A stretch of 64,000 bases of DNA from Candidatus Marinacidobacterales bacterium (GTDB taxonomy: Bacteria > Acidobacteriota > Vicinamibacteria > Marinacidobacterales > DATDRI01): positions 2,912,001-2,976,000 of the forward strand of contig OZ245365.1 of NCBI GenBank assembly GCA_965226495.1. Reading direction: 5' to 3'. Positions within the stretch are counted from its first letter, which is position 1. Each line of letters opens with the position of its first letter. Positions 39,373-48,620 of the stretch are shown one piece after another. A program made the position numbers and the translations under genes. The notes below the pieces were generated by a model that did no database searches, was not told the origin of the DNA, and saw only the letters and a list, made by a program, of their open reading frames with translations.

Positions 39373-40406
39373 CGCGAATTCATAAAGTAAGTGCAACACA
39401 GCTCCCGGATGAGGTGACCTGGAATGTGCCACGATTCCTCAAACAACCAAGAATGGGGACTCGCTAATGACTTATTACCAGATCACCTCGGAAGAACGCT
39501 ACACCATCGCGGCGCTGCGACGGGAGGGATTTTGCTCGGCCGAGATCGCGCGGCGCCTGGGGCGCCACCGGAGCACCATCTCGAGAGAGGTCAGGAGGAA
39601 CAGCTCACCTAGTGATGGATGCTACCGGCCGAGCAAGGCCATCGAGAGAACGAACGGACGACGCTCGCGGTCTCGCCGGAACCAGTACTTCACAAAGGCC
39701 GACTTTGCCCTGGTGGAGAAGAAGCTTAAGGCCGACTGGAGCCCAGAGCAGATCTCCGGCCACCTGCGCCTTCACGGCGAGCTCTCGATCAGCCACGAGA
39801 CGATCTACACCCACGTTTGGCGGGACAAGGAGGCCGGAGGACATCTATACCGCCACCTTCGATGCTCGCCCAAACTTAGACGCAAGCGCCACAACAGCTA
39901 CGACAGCCGAGGCCGCCTGGCCGGGAAGCGTCACATCTCCGAGCGGCCGTCTTGTATCGACAAGCGCCGTGCCGTTGGACACTGGGAGATTGACACCGTG
40001 GTAGGAAAAGACGCGCCGGACTGCGTCACCACGCTCGTGGAATCGAAAGACGGGGGCGATCGGCAAACTGTCCGAGCAGCATGTTCGGCACTAGCCGAAG
40101 ATGTTGCTCCGGAGGGTCAAGACCATCACCGCGGACAATGGAAGTTCCACGACTACGAATCCGTCGAGGAAGCGACCGGCGTCAAGTTCTACTTTGCAAC
40201 TCCCTATCACTCATGGGAGAGAGGCAGCAACGAGAACTTTGGATTGCTACGTGCCGAAGCGCACCAGCGCAGCGCTCACGCAACGCCACTGCGATGGTAT
40301 CGCAAAGAAGCTCAACACTTTCGGCCCCGCAAGAGGCTCGGTTACCGCACACCGGAGGAACGTTTCCATGGGAACTAACGAATGGTGCTTCAAACTTGAA
40401 GTCACA
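39373..40406 (+). mobile_element. IS30-family element (1034 bp) with 3-bp CAT target duplication
   Basis: CAT at 39370-72 and 40407-09; imperfect terminal IRs; IS30 transposase inside. Confidence 0.9.
39467..40378 (+). pseudogene. IS30 transposase, degenerate 3' half
   Basis: STISREVRRN, WSPEQI, GHWEIDTV, SWERGSNEN, RPRKRLGY; TITADNG and IAKKLN lie in another frame, implying several small deletions. Confidence 0.85.
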
Positions 40407-40844
40407 CATTGCGCTTGCGTGCATCGTGCTTTCCGTGCCGGCTCGGTAGAGCGACGTGCTACCCGTGTCGCCGGTGACATTGCCCCCCGGGTCTCCGAGC
40501 GTGGCCGCGTCCGTCGAGGCCGCCCGATGGGTGTGCGACGGCAACTGGTTGGTGGTCAGCGTCACCTTCTCGGCTCCCGTCCTCTGCCCTAGGGGTCGGC
40601 TGCTCAGGCCCGTCCCTTGTCCGGTGTGGAGGGGAACCCGACCCCGCAGGTCGGGCAGGCCGAAGGTCGTCTCGCCGTCGCCGCCGTAAATCGTCCCTAG
40701 CAGGCTGAACAAGGCATTGTTCTGCGAGATAGCCAACAGCTGGCCGTCACAGAATGCATAGTTCCGCGGCGCAAAATTTCCCGCGAACATTTTGATCTCG
40801 CCAACGAAAGGTTCAGACATAGACTCTCTCCTTCTCTGTCTGGC

Positions 40845-41375
40845 CTAGTTGCGCGACGGGAAAAGACCCGTCAGTGCGATCACAAACCGTAGCACCAGGA
40901 ACGGCTGCATGTTCTCATGCGCCTGACTGCCTCCTGCATTAGATGGTCCGCCGAGCAATCCTGTCAGGTTCGCCGGGGCGGTATAGTTCCTAGAACCGCG
41001 GCGGGGCCGCGAAGCAAGGACGTTGCCCCCCGGGCTCGTCTCGGTGGCCTGATCCCACGACCCGAACTTGTGATCGTGTTGGGGGATCTGGTTCAAGCTC
41101 AGGGTCTCGGCCTGGGTTCCGTCGCTGGAGCCGAGCGGCCGGTCGGTGAGCCCTGCCCCTTGTGAGTCGCCTGAATGGACGGGCGTCCGACCGCGAAGGT
41201 CGGGCAGGGCGAAGTCCGTCTCTCCGTCGCCGCCGTAGGTCGTCCCGAGAAGCGAGAAAAGGGATTGGTTTTGGTTGATCGGCAGGAGCTGCCCGTCACA
41301 GTTTGCCCACCCGCTCGGTGGGAAGTTGAACCCCAAGATCTTGATCTCAGCAAGGAACGGATCGGACACGCTCAC
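40845..41375 (-). CDS. phage tail-collar domain protein 1
   Basis: FNFPPSGWANCDGQLLPINQNQSLFSLLGTTYGGDG; HENMQPFL. Confidence 0.95.
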   Translation of the reverse strand: MSVSDPFLAEIKILGFNFPPSGWANCDGQLLPINQNQSLFSLLGTTYGGDGETDFALPDLRGRTPVHSGDSQGAGLTDRPLGSSDGTQAETLSLNQIPQHDHKFGSWDQATETSPGGNVLASRPRRGSRNYTAPANLTGLLGGPSNAGGSQAHENMQPFLVLRFVIALTGLFPSRN

Positions 41376-41448
41376 CCCCTTGACATCGCGCTGAGCCAGA
41401 GTCCACCGGCTCAGTCGAGAACACTTTAACCGAGCTTCTTCGCCTCCG

Positions 41449-42081
41449 CTACTGGGTCCGACGCCACCGCCTTACGGCGAGTCCGGCGAGCCCGAGCAGC
41501 GAGAGAAGCAGCGTGCTCGGCTCGGAAACCGGAGCGGTATGATCCACCGTGAGGTTCAAGGTAATCGACCCGAGATCCCTCCCGCCCGCGTCCCCGACTA
41601 CCAGCGTGTCGACAAACAGCTTGACGCTGTTCCCTGTGAAAAACACCTCCGAGCCCAGCCCGACTCCCGTGACGTTGCTCAGTACGACCGACAAACCGGT
41701 GATGATTCCGGGCACGGGCCCGCTCCAGAAGAGATTCGAAAACTCGTAGAATGAGCCTGCACCGAACCCGGTCGTTCCCCCCAGCCCGTCTCCGCGGACC
41801 ATGTACTGAATGCTCGCATCGCCGATATCGATGAACTCGCCGCCGAGAAGACCCGTGCCGCCGATGTTTGTTAGGTCGCCCTCTAGGATCTCAACTCCGA
41901 GATTCACGACGGTAACAATGTCGATCAGGTCATCCAAAGGGTCGGGGAAGAACACTGGGTCCCTAAGCCGCACCGTGACGTCCTGCCCGATGAGCGAAGC
42001 CAAAGCTTGCTCCGGCAACCCGACCGCGACAATCCCGATAACACCAACGACTAAACACCGTCTGAACCCCATGCGCGTCAT
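41449..42081 (-). CDS. PEP-CTERM sorting-domain surface protein
   Basis: signal peptide; C-terminal VSEPSTLLLSLLGLAGLAVRRWRR (variant PEP motif, TM, basic tail). Confidence 0.85.
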   Translation of the reverse strand: MTRMGFRRCLVVGVIGIVAVGLPEQALASLIGQDVTVRLRDPVFFPDPLDDLIDIVTVVNLGVEILEGDLTNIGGTGLLGGEFIDIGDASIQYMVRGDGLGGTTGFGAGSFYEFSNLFWSGPVPGIITGLSVVLSNVTGVGLGSEVFFTGNSVKLFVDTLVVGDAGGRDLGSITLNLTVDHTAPVSEPSTLLLSLLGLAGLAVRRWRRTQ

Positions 42082-42111
42082 CTCCGTTCGGAAAAATGCA
42101 AGAGGAACAGG

Positions 42112-42127
42112 TGCAATCCGTGTACCA
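42112..42127 (-). promoter_or_regulatory. sigma54 promoter (-24/-12)
   Basis: TGGTAC-ACGGA-TTGCA on the minus strand, 30 nt before the PEP-CTERM gene. Confidence 0.75.
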
Positions 42128-42179
42128 AACGCTAACCCCTCTTCTTTGAACGGCTTGGCCTAAACTGCAAATTGCGAAG

Positions 42180-42298
42180 GTGTAAGGTTGCCGGACACGT
42201 TTCCATTTCTTTCGGCAGTGGCTGGACGAATGTCATTTATATTCAATGAAATAGATGGGAGAAGCCCGTGATGCGGAGAATTGTCAGGTTTTCTGACG
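42180..42298. promoter_or_regulatory. two candidate enhancer-binding-protein sites (PEP-CTERM-box type)
   Basis: GTGT-N11-ACAC at 42180-42198 and TGTCAG-GTTTT-CTGACG at 42282-42298, upstream of the sigma54 site. Confidence 0.6.
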
Positions 42299-42327
42299 TT
42301 CTCGACGAGCGGCGACTTCGAAAGCAC

Positions 42328-42356
42328 TTGCTCTCTTCGTTCGACACGGTTAATCT
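42328..42356 (+). promoter_or_regulatory. sigma70-like promoter
   Basis: TTGCTC-N17-TAATCT; conserved in the decayed copy near 32534-32562. Confidence 0.5.
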
Positions 42357-42395
42357 GCGCACGACTTTGACGCCGTCGAGTCGGGGAGACGAGTT

Positions 42396-42833
42396 ATGGG
42401 CAATAAGCTGAGAGTAGTGAGTTGGGTGCTGTTAACGTTGATCGGTGCGCTGACGCTTCTCGGATCCGTGGCGTCCGTGTACGTAGCCTACGTCGCCGAC
42501 GCGGGGCAGGATCAGATCGGTCCGATGACACTGAGCGAGCTCGCCGAAGGGCGGAACGACGTCGAAACCGCCCTCCGAGCCCGGCGCGGCACCGCCGCGG
42601 CGTTCGCCACTGGTTATGCTCTGTTGTTCCTGACGATCGTCCTCGTCCCCTACCGCAAAGGGGAAGTATGGGCCTGGTGGGCCCTTCTGATCGGGACGGT
42701 CGCAACGACAGGCGTCATTTTGATGCGCGTCCCGATGATCGCGACCAATCTCGGCCTCGCCGCGGCAACGATTCCGCTCGCCGTCGGTGTCGTCGCCCTT
42801 TTGCTCGATGCCGGCCGCTTGAAGGCAACCTAG
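42396..42833 (+). CDS. small four-TM membrane protein
   Basis: hydrophobic helices, PYRKGE.WAWW motif; GGAG RBS. Confidence 0.8.
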   Translation: MGNKLRVVSWVLLTLIGALTLLGSVASVYVAYVADAGQDQIGPMTLSELAEGRNDVETALRARRGTAAAFATGYALLFLTIVLVPYRKGEVWAWWALLIGTVATTGVILMRVPMIATNLGLAAATIPLAVGVVALLLDAGRLKAT

Positions 42834-42960
42834 CCCCTACATCGCCCGGCGCGGGGACCGACTGCGCCCCCGCGTTGACCTGGCAGTTGTTGTTGGAAAC
42901 ACCCTGTAAAAAGGCGTTACTATTGAGCCCCTCGGGAACCCATGCCCGAGCCCCACAAAC

Positions 42961-43731
42961 ATGTTCCGATCCGCGGAAGAGCACAACCAGTATCAGCGAG
43001 CCTATTATCAGCAGTGTGAGCGTCGGACGATCCAGCCGCGCGACACTCCTTACGTCCAGCGCCAGTTGGAGCGGGTCCAAGCCGCGGCCGACCTTCGCCC
43101 CGGCCAGGAGGTTCTCGAGGTAGGCTGCGGGATGGGCCGGCATACGCTGGCTCTTGTGCGGGAGGATATTCGTCTCGTGGCCTGTGACCTTTCGCCCGAT
43201 CTGTTGGCGCGACTGCGAAACGCCGTGCCGACTCCCAAGCTCGAAACACTCTGTTGTGACGTGGCCGAACTGCCGCGGCACACCAACCGGCGATTCGATC
43301 GGGTCGTGGGTTTCTTTACGCTCCATCATTTCTTCGACCTGCGCGCGGCGTTCCAGGGAATCGCGTCGGTGCTCCAGCCAGGAGGTCGAGTGGCGTTCTG
43401 CGAGCCGAACGGCTACAACCCGCTCTTCTATGTTCAGATTGCCGTCGTGCCGGGGATGACGTGGAAGGGCGACGGCGGCGTGCGGCACATGCGGCCCTCG
43501 ATCGTGCAAAGGGCGATGCGGGAGGCCGGTTTTGGCGACCTCCGAGTGGAACGATTCGGATTCCTGCCGGGCTTTGCTGCCGATACCAAGGTGGGGCAAT
43601 CTCTAGAGCGCGGCTTGGATCGGTTCGTTGCCCTGCCTCCCCTTCGGGCACTGCAGGCGTTTCAGGTATTCAGCGGCACCCTCGTCGGTCAGGGACGGAT
43701 CGACGAAGAAGAACGGCCGGCGCATGGCTAG
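42961..43731 (+). CDS. class I SAM-dependent methyltransferase
   Basis: VLEVGCGMG, LHH, LQPGG..FCEPN. Confidence 0.9.
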   Translation: MFRSAEEHNQYQRAYYQQCERRTIQPRDTPYVQRQLERVQAAADLRPGQEVLEVGCGMGRHTLALVREDIRLVACDLSPDLLARLRNAVPTPKLETLCCDVAELPRHTNRRFDRVVGFFTLHHFFDLRAAFQGIASVLQPGGRVAFCEPNGYNPLFYVQIAVVPGMTWKGDGGVRHMRPSIVQRAMREAGFGDLRVERFGFLPGFAADTKVGQSLERGLDRFVALPPLRALQAFQVFSGTLVGQGRIDEEERPAHG

Positions 43732-44479
43732 GCCATCTTCCCCTTCGGTCGAAATGCGTTTCCGCGCCGATCGCCTCGAACGGCTCTCCGAAATCGAAGC
43801 ATGGCACTTCTGGTTTGCCGGACGTCGAGAGCTCATTGGCACCCTGCTCGATCGACACCTCGCTCCTCACCAACAGGTTCTGGATGTAGGTTGCGGCACC
43901 GGCCGTCAGCTGGAGAGCATCGCGCAGAAAGGTCATCGCGCCGTGGGGCTCGATCTCCGCCCCGAAGGCCTGCAAGCCATGCGAGAAGGCGGGGTCTCTG
44001 TCGTCCAAGGCCAGGTGACCGAGCTTCCACTCAAGCCTGGGTCTCTAGATGCCGTGGTCGTGATGGACGTTCTGGAGCACGTGGATGATGGAGTGGCGTT
44101 AGCCGAAGTACACGATGTCTTGCGTGATGACGGTCTGGCATTGATTAGTGTTCCTGCGTTTCCACAAGTTTGGAGCTACCGCGATCAGGACGCTGGCCAC
44201 CTGCGTCGCTACACGCGCCCCGAGCTCAGCGAACTCCTGATCGGCCATGGATTCCGAGTGCTCCAGGTGTGTTATTACCAATGTTTGTTGTTTCCGGCCT
44301 TGATTCTCAGCCGATGGCTCGGCCGGCGTGGTCCCGGCTGGCGAAACTTCGAAGAGCAGAAGCTTCCACTTCTCAACTCAGCATTGGCCTGGGTCAACCG
44401 AATGGAAGCGCGGCTCGGGGCGAGAGTACGACTGCCTTGGGGCTCGTCCCTGGTGGTGGCGTGTCGGAAGCAAAAATGA
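43724..44479 (+). CDS. class I SAM-dependent methyltransferase
   Basis: HFWFAGRR, LDVGCGTG, DVLEHV, SVPA, HLRRY. Confidence 0.9.
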   Translation: MARPSSPSVEMRFRADRLERLSEIEAWHFWFAGRRELIGTLLDRHLAPHQQVLDVGCGTGRQLESIAQKGHRAVGLDLRPEGLQAMREGGVSVVQGQVTELPLKPGSLDAVVVMDVLEHVDDGVALAEVHDVLRDDGLALISVPAFPQVWSYRDQDAGHLRRYTRPELSELLIGHGFRVLQVCYYQCLLFPALILSRWLGRRGPGWRNFEEQKLPLLNSALAWVNRMEARLGARVRLPWGSSLVVACRKQK

Positions 44480-45291
44480 ACGAAGACTTTCAATTACTGA
44501 TCTTCTCAACCGAGCCCGATCTCATCCATCGAGTGGTGGCGGCGGGCGTCGCCGGTGCGATCGTCGACTGGGAGACGATTGGTAAAGAGGAACGTCAGGG
44601 TGCGGTGGACACCGAGATCAACTGCGACACCCTCGCCGATCTCGAACGAGTGCGGGCCTCGACTGACGCATTGGTTGTTTGTCGAGTCAATCCGTACGGA
44701 CCAAGCACGCCGACCGAGATCGAGTGGGCGGTCGATGCTGGCGCGGACGAGATCCTGCTTCCCATGGTGCGGCGGGTCGACGAAGTAGAACGGGCTCTCG
44801 AGCACGCCCGGGATCGGATTCGAGTCGGAATCTTGGTCGAGACCATCGATGGGGTCGCCAATGCGGCGGCGCTGGCTCGCCAACCGCTGTCCCGGGTCTA
44901 CGTCGGCTTGAACGATCTGGCCATCGAGCGCCAGTCGGCATCCATCTTCGAGGCGGTGCGAGATGGAACGGTCGAGAGATTGCGAGGCATCTTCGACGTA
45001 CCCTTCGGTTTCGCAGGGCTTACGTTGCCGCATTGTGGGGCCCCCGTTCCGTGCCAGCTGTTGATGGGTGAGATGACACGGCTCCACAGCCATTTCAGTT
45101 TTCTGAGACGCTCGTTCTTCCGTGATACTCGAGGTAAGGATCCGGCCATCGCCATCCCGACAATCCAGCAAGCATTGCGAGAATCTTGTCGGCGCTCCGA
45201 CGTAGATTCAAAACGGGATCGACAAGCGCTCGAGCACGCGATCGCCGAATCGTCGCGTCGCGCTCGACATACCTGCCAGGTTTCGACGTGA
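44476..45291 (+). CDS. HpcH/HpaI aldolase/citrate lyase family protein
   Basis: IVDWE, CRVNP, GADEILLPM, LVET, YVGLNDL; ATGA overlap with the previous gene. Confidence 0.8.
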   Translation: MNEDFQLLIFSTEPDLIHRVVAAGVAGAIVDWETIGKEERQGAVDTEINCDTLADLERVRASTDALVVCRVNPYGPSTPTEIEWAVDAGADEILLPMVRRVDEVERALEHARDRIRVGILVETIDGVANAAALARQPLSRVYVGLNDLAIERQSASIFEAVRDGTVERLRGIFDVPFGFAGLTLPHCGAPVPCQLLMGEMTRLHSHFSFLRRSFFRDTRGKDPAIAIPTIQQALRESCRRSDVDSKRDRQALEHAIAESSRRARHTCQVST

Positions 45292-46274
45292 GCCCTTTGG
45301 GGGGACGTCGCGTACTGGTCACCGGTGCGGCGGGTTTCATCGGTGCCAACCTGACGCGAAGCCTGCTCGAACGCGGCGCCGATGTGCATGCAGTGGTGCG
45401 GTCGAGCACTGATTTGTGGCGGATGGAGGAGATCCGATCAAGGCTGAGGCTTCACCGTGCCGACTTATCCGATGCTCGCGCGGTCGATCGCACCGTGAAA
45501 GCGGTTCGACCCCAGGTCATTTTTCATCTTGCCGCTACATCGGGTCATCCTTCCAGCCAGCTCGAAAGAGCCGAAGCGCTGCAAAGCACCGTACTCGGAA
45601 CCAGGAACCTCCTGCGAGCGGTTCGGGAGATCGACTTCCATCGTTTCGTGCACCTGGGTAGTTACACCGAGTACGATCCGCAATCCCGGTCCGCAATCGA
45701 GTCGGACACTCCACGGCCTACGATCTTTCGCGGCGTGATGAAGGCGGCCGCTACCGTTTCAGTCGCGCAGTTCGCCCGCCGCCATGGCCGCCCCGTCACC
45801 ATACTCCGCGCGTCGTCGATTTATGGGTGCTGGGAGGGCGGGGAACGATTCATTCCTACTCTGACCCGAGCCGCCGTTCACGAACGGGATATTCCCCTGA
45901 CCCGGGCGGGTATTCGCCGGGATTACCTGTTCGTCGAGGATCTCGTCGACGCTTGCCTCGTAACGGTCGAGGCCAAGAACGTCGACGGCGAGATCATCAA
46001 TATCGCGTCCGGTCGAGAGTGGGCGAACGAGGAGGTGGTGGAGGCCATGCAGTCGGTGTCGAAGGGGTCGATCGCGGTCCGAGTCGGTGCCTACCCGACC
46101 CGTGACGTCGATTCGGCGAACCCTCGCCTCGACGTTCGCAAGGCGAAGTTGCTCCTTGGATGGACGCCTCGCCATGACCTGAAGCGGGGCCTCGAGAAGA
46201 CGCTCGCCTGGTATCGTGACCATGAGAGTCTCTATCCCAAAGAGATGCACCAAGAAGCCGTTCGTCATGGTTGA
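45288..46274 (+). CDS. NAD-dependent epimerase/dehydratase
   Basis: VTGAAGFIG, IFHLAA, RDYLFVED; the YxxxK Tyr appears replaced (RGVMK). Confidence 0.88.
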   Translation: MSPLGGRRVLVTGAAGFIGANLTRSLLERGADVHAVVRSSTDLWRMEEIRSRLRLHRADLSDARAVDRTVKAVRPQVIFHLAATSGHPSSQLERAEALQSTVLGTRNLLRAVREIDFHRFVHLGSYTEYDPQSRSAIESDTPRPTIFRGVMKAAATVSVAQFARRHGRPVTILRASSIYGCWEGGERFIPTLTRAAVHERDIPLTRAGIRRDYLFVEDLVDACLVTVEAKNVDGEIINIASGREWANEEVVEAMQSVSKGSIAVRVGAYPTRDVDSANPRLDVRKAKLLLGWTPRHDLKRGLEKTLAWYRDHESLYPKEMHQEAVRHG

Positions 46275-46977
46275 GCTGAGCGTCGTTGTCCCCGTGTATC
46301 GCAACGCCGAAACATTGTCTGAGCTCCATCGCCGTCTCAGCCAGGTGGTGAACGGTATGGAGATCTCGTGCGAGCTCATCTTTGTGGACGATGCGTGTCC
46401 GGACGGTTCCCGCGACGTCCTCGAGGCGTTGGCTTGCACCGATCCAAGAGTGGCAGTGCTCTCGATGGCCCGGAACGTGGGTCAGCACCGCGCGGTGCTC
46501 GCGGGTCTGGCGGCATCGCAGGGAGAGGTAGCAATCATCATGGACGCCGATCTCCAAGATCCTCCGGAGGCAATTCCGGCTCTACTCGCAACGCTCGCGC
46601 AAGGCTTCGGGGCCGTCTTCGCCGGCAGGCGTGGCCGCTACGAATCCTCGATGCGACTCCTGACCTCGCGCCTATTCAAGTACCTTTTGCATCTCTGTGC
46701 TCGTGTTCCCAGCGATGCCGGACTCTTCGTAGCCGTCAGCCGGGAAATGATGACGCGGTTGCTGGCGGTCTCCGAGCCGAACCCATTCGTAACCGGCATG
46801 ATTGGCTTTACCGGCATGACAACCACATCGATCCCGGTGCACCGTGGTGTGCGATTGCACGGCCGCTCCGCGTACAGTGGCCTGGAGCGGCTCAGGATCG
46901 GAGTCCGAACCTTGGTTTGGGCGGCGTCGTGCCGAATCTATCTTCGCAGTCGTGGGAGCGGAAGCCTAACCACATAG
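46267..46977 (+). CDS. GT2 glycosyltransferase (ArnC/GtrB/Dpm1-like)
   Basis: SVVVPVYR, VDDACPD, RNVGQ, MDADLQDPPE. Confidence 0.92.
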   Translation: MVELSVVVPVYRNAETLSELHRRLSQVVNGMEISCELIFVDDACPDGSRDVLEALACTDPRVAVLSMARNVGQHRAVLAGLAASQGEVAIIMDADLQDPPEAIPALLATLAQGFGAVFAGRRGRYESSMRLLTSRLFKYLLHLCARVPSDAGLFVAVSREMMTRLLAVSEPNPFVTGMIGFTGMTTTSIPVHRGVRLHGRSAYSGLERLRIGVRTLVWAASCRIYLRSRGSGSLTT

Positions 46978-48515
46978 AGCCTGCACTCGTCGAAGCTTTC
47001 GGCGAGCTCCAAATTCGCCTCCACAAATTCGATCAGCTTTCCCGGCCGGAGTCGGTCTGGCCAGCTTTCCGCAACACAGACATGGCTTATCGCCCCATCC
47101 TCGAGAGCCGCCATGACCTCCTCCTGGCCCTCGCTGCCGAACTGGGAGACCAACGGGTAGTCGAACCGCGTGGGATTCTCGAAACCGGTGACGAGGTAGT
47201 AGAAACCAGCTGTCGGACTGAGAACGAACAATCGATCCCGAGGGCCCACGGTAGTTTGGAGAGCCCTGGCCGATCTCATTAACGGCGCCCACTGCTCGTT
47301 GGAAATGACGACCCCTCGAAAGTGCTGCACATTCTGTACGACTCTCCGGACGGGCACCGCTCGCAGCAACGGCGTGCCCACGACTACAAAGAGTCCGGCG
47401 ACGAGCCACATCGAGCCCAAAGCCATCAAGAGATGCTTCCAAAACGGCCGCACTCCCACGCTCAGCCGCCACAACCCGTAAGCCAAGCCAACGAGCGTCG
47501 ACGGCATGGTGAACATCACGTGAGACCAATCCGCCCGCGGGAAGATCATCGTCAGTCCGGCCAGGCAGAAGAGCGAGACCATGAACGTCTCTCTCTTTTC
47601 ATCGCCAACGGCTCGCGTGAACGCGGCCACCAGGGCGAGGAGTGCCATCGGAGGCAGGAGAAAAATCGAGAACTGAAACATCCCGAACGCTTCGAAGGCC
47701 GACCTTGGCGGTAGAAATCGAGCCAAGGTGACAAGTCCGGCGAGGTACGATACGCCGCCATGCTCGAAGTAGGCGGTCTTGTCGAAGATTTGGGCCACGT
47801 CCGGGGTGGAACCGTTCAACACCACCGGTATCATCACCAGGGCTACGACACTCAAGAACGCGCCAGCAAATACCGCTGCGTCTTTCGCAAGTTCGCTGGT
47901 TCGGTCACGCTTTATCAACGTCGCGATTGCGATGCCGGCCACCATCGCTAAGGCCGCCACTCCCGTGGTGTATTTTGCTGCCAGGCAAAGACCCGCGGCG
48001 AGGCCGGCCAGAAGAGCGCCCCGGCGAGCCCGCACGGAGCTCTTTGCCGTCGCTGGATTCGCTGCGACACCCTGACGCCAGACGAGAGTAGCCAAGAAAG
48101 TTGCGGACAGCAGAAAAATGGCGAGTGGATTGTAAAGAGCCACCGCGAACCGATTCGCGTGCACCAGAAAAGCCACCGGCAACCAGAACCGCACCCCAGA
48201 GCCAACGCCGAGCTTTGTCACCGCCAGCAGGCAGACGATCGCGGTACCCGCCCAGACCAAAGACAGGAGGGCTTTCAAAACCAAGAGCTCTACCCCCAGG
48301 ACCCTGGTGACAAGCGAAGCGAGGTAGGGGGCCAACGGCAGAACGTTGAACCGAATGTCCCGATAGAGTACCTCGTCGGCGCTCATGCGATGGACGACCT
48401 GGAGAAACCAGACCTCGTCGGCAAGATTGGGACCAAAGGCTACTGAGCTCAAGAAGGCCAAAACAAAGAGTGCGAGGCCAACGGTCGCCAGATATCGGTG
48501 GGTCATTCGGGACAC
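46938..48515 (-). CDS. polytopic membrane protein, GT-C/ArnT-like glycosyltransferase candidate
   Basis: ADE after TM1, LYRD, AGL...KY, many TM helices, periplasmic C-terminal domain. Confidence 0.65.
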   Translation of the reverse strand: MSRMTHRYLATVGLALFVLAFLSSVAFGPNLADEVWFLQVVHRMSADEVLYRDIRFNVLPLAPYLASLVTRVLGVELLVLKALLSLVWAGTAIVCLLAVTKLGVGSGVRFWLPVAFLVHANRFAVALYNPLAIFLLSATFLATLVWRQGVAANPATAKSSVRARRGALLAGLAAGLCLAAKYTTGVAALAMVAGIAIATLIKRDRTSELAKDAAVFAGAFLSVVALVMIPVVLNGSTPDVAQIFDKTAYFEHGGVSYLAGLVTLARFLPPRSAFEAFGMFQFSIFLLPPMALLALVAAFTRAVGDEKRETFMVSLFCLAGLTMIFPRADWSHVMFTMPSTLVGLAYGLWRLSVGVRPFWKHLLMALGSMWLVAGLFVVVGTPLLRAVPVRRVVQNVQHFRGVVISNEQWAPLMRSARALQTTVGPRDRLFVLSPTAGFYYLVTGFENPTRFDYPLVSQFGSEGQEEVMAALEDGAISHVCVAESWPDRLRPGKLIEFVEANLELAESFDECRLYVVRLPLPRLRR

Positions 48516-48620
48516 GATAACGAGTTTCCCTTCGGTGCGGCAATGGGCGTGCGCCGCGCCGCTGTGAAGTGTGCCTCGTTACATCCCCGGTGGCTGAAAC
48601 CTCCCGAGATTGCAGTCCTC

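Larger units (their letters stand above)
39271..40820 (-). pseudogene. tail-collar domain protein 2, interrupted by IS30
   Basis: N-part 40820-40407 ends ..HASAM; C-part QNSGGSQSHNNTMPFLGINFIIALFGVYPSRN* at 39369-39271; excision of the IS restores the ORF. Confidence 0.93.

Noticed and set aside
38747-41375. Prophage or tailocin call from tail-collar genes
   Set aside because: No other phage structural, integrase, terminase or lysis genes are present; the context matches non-phage collar trios.
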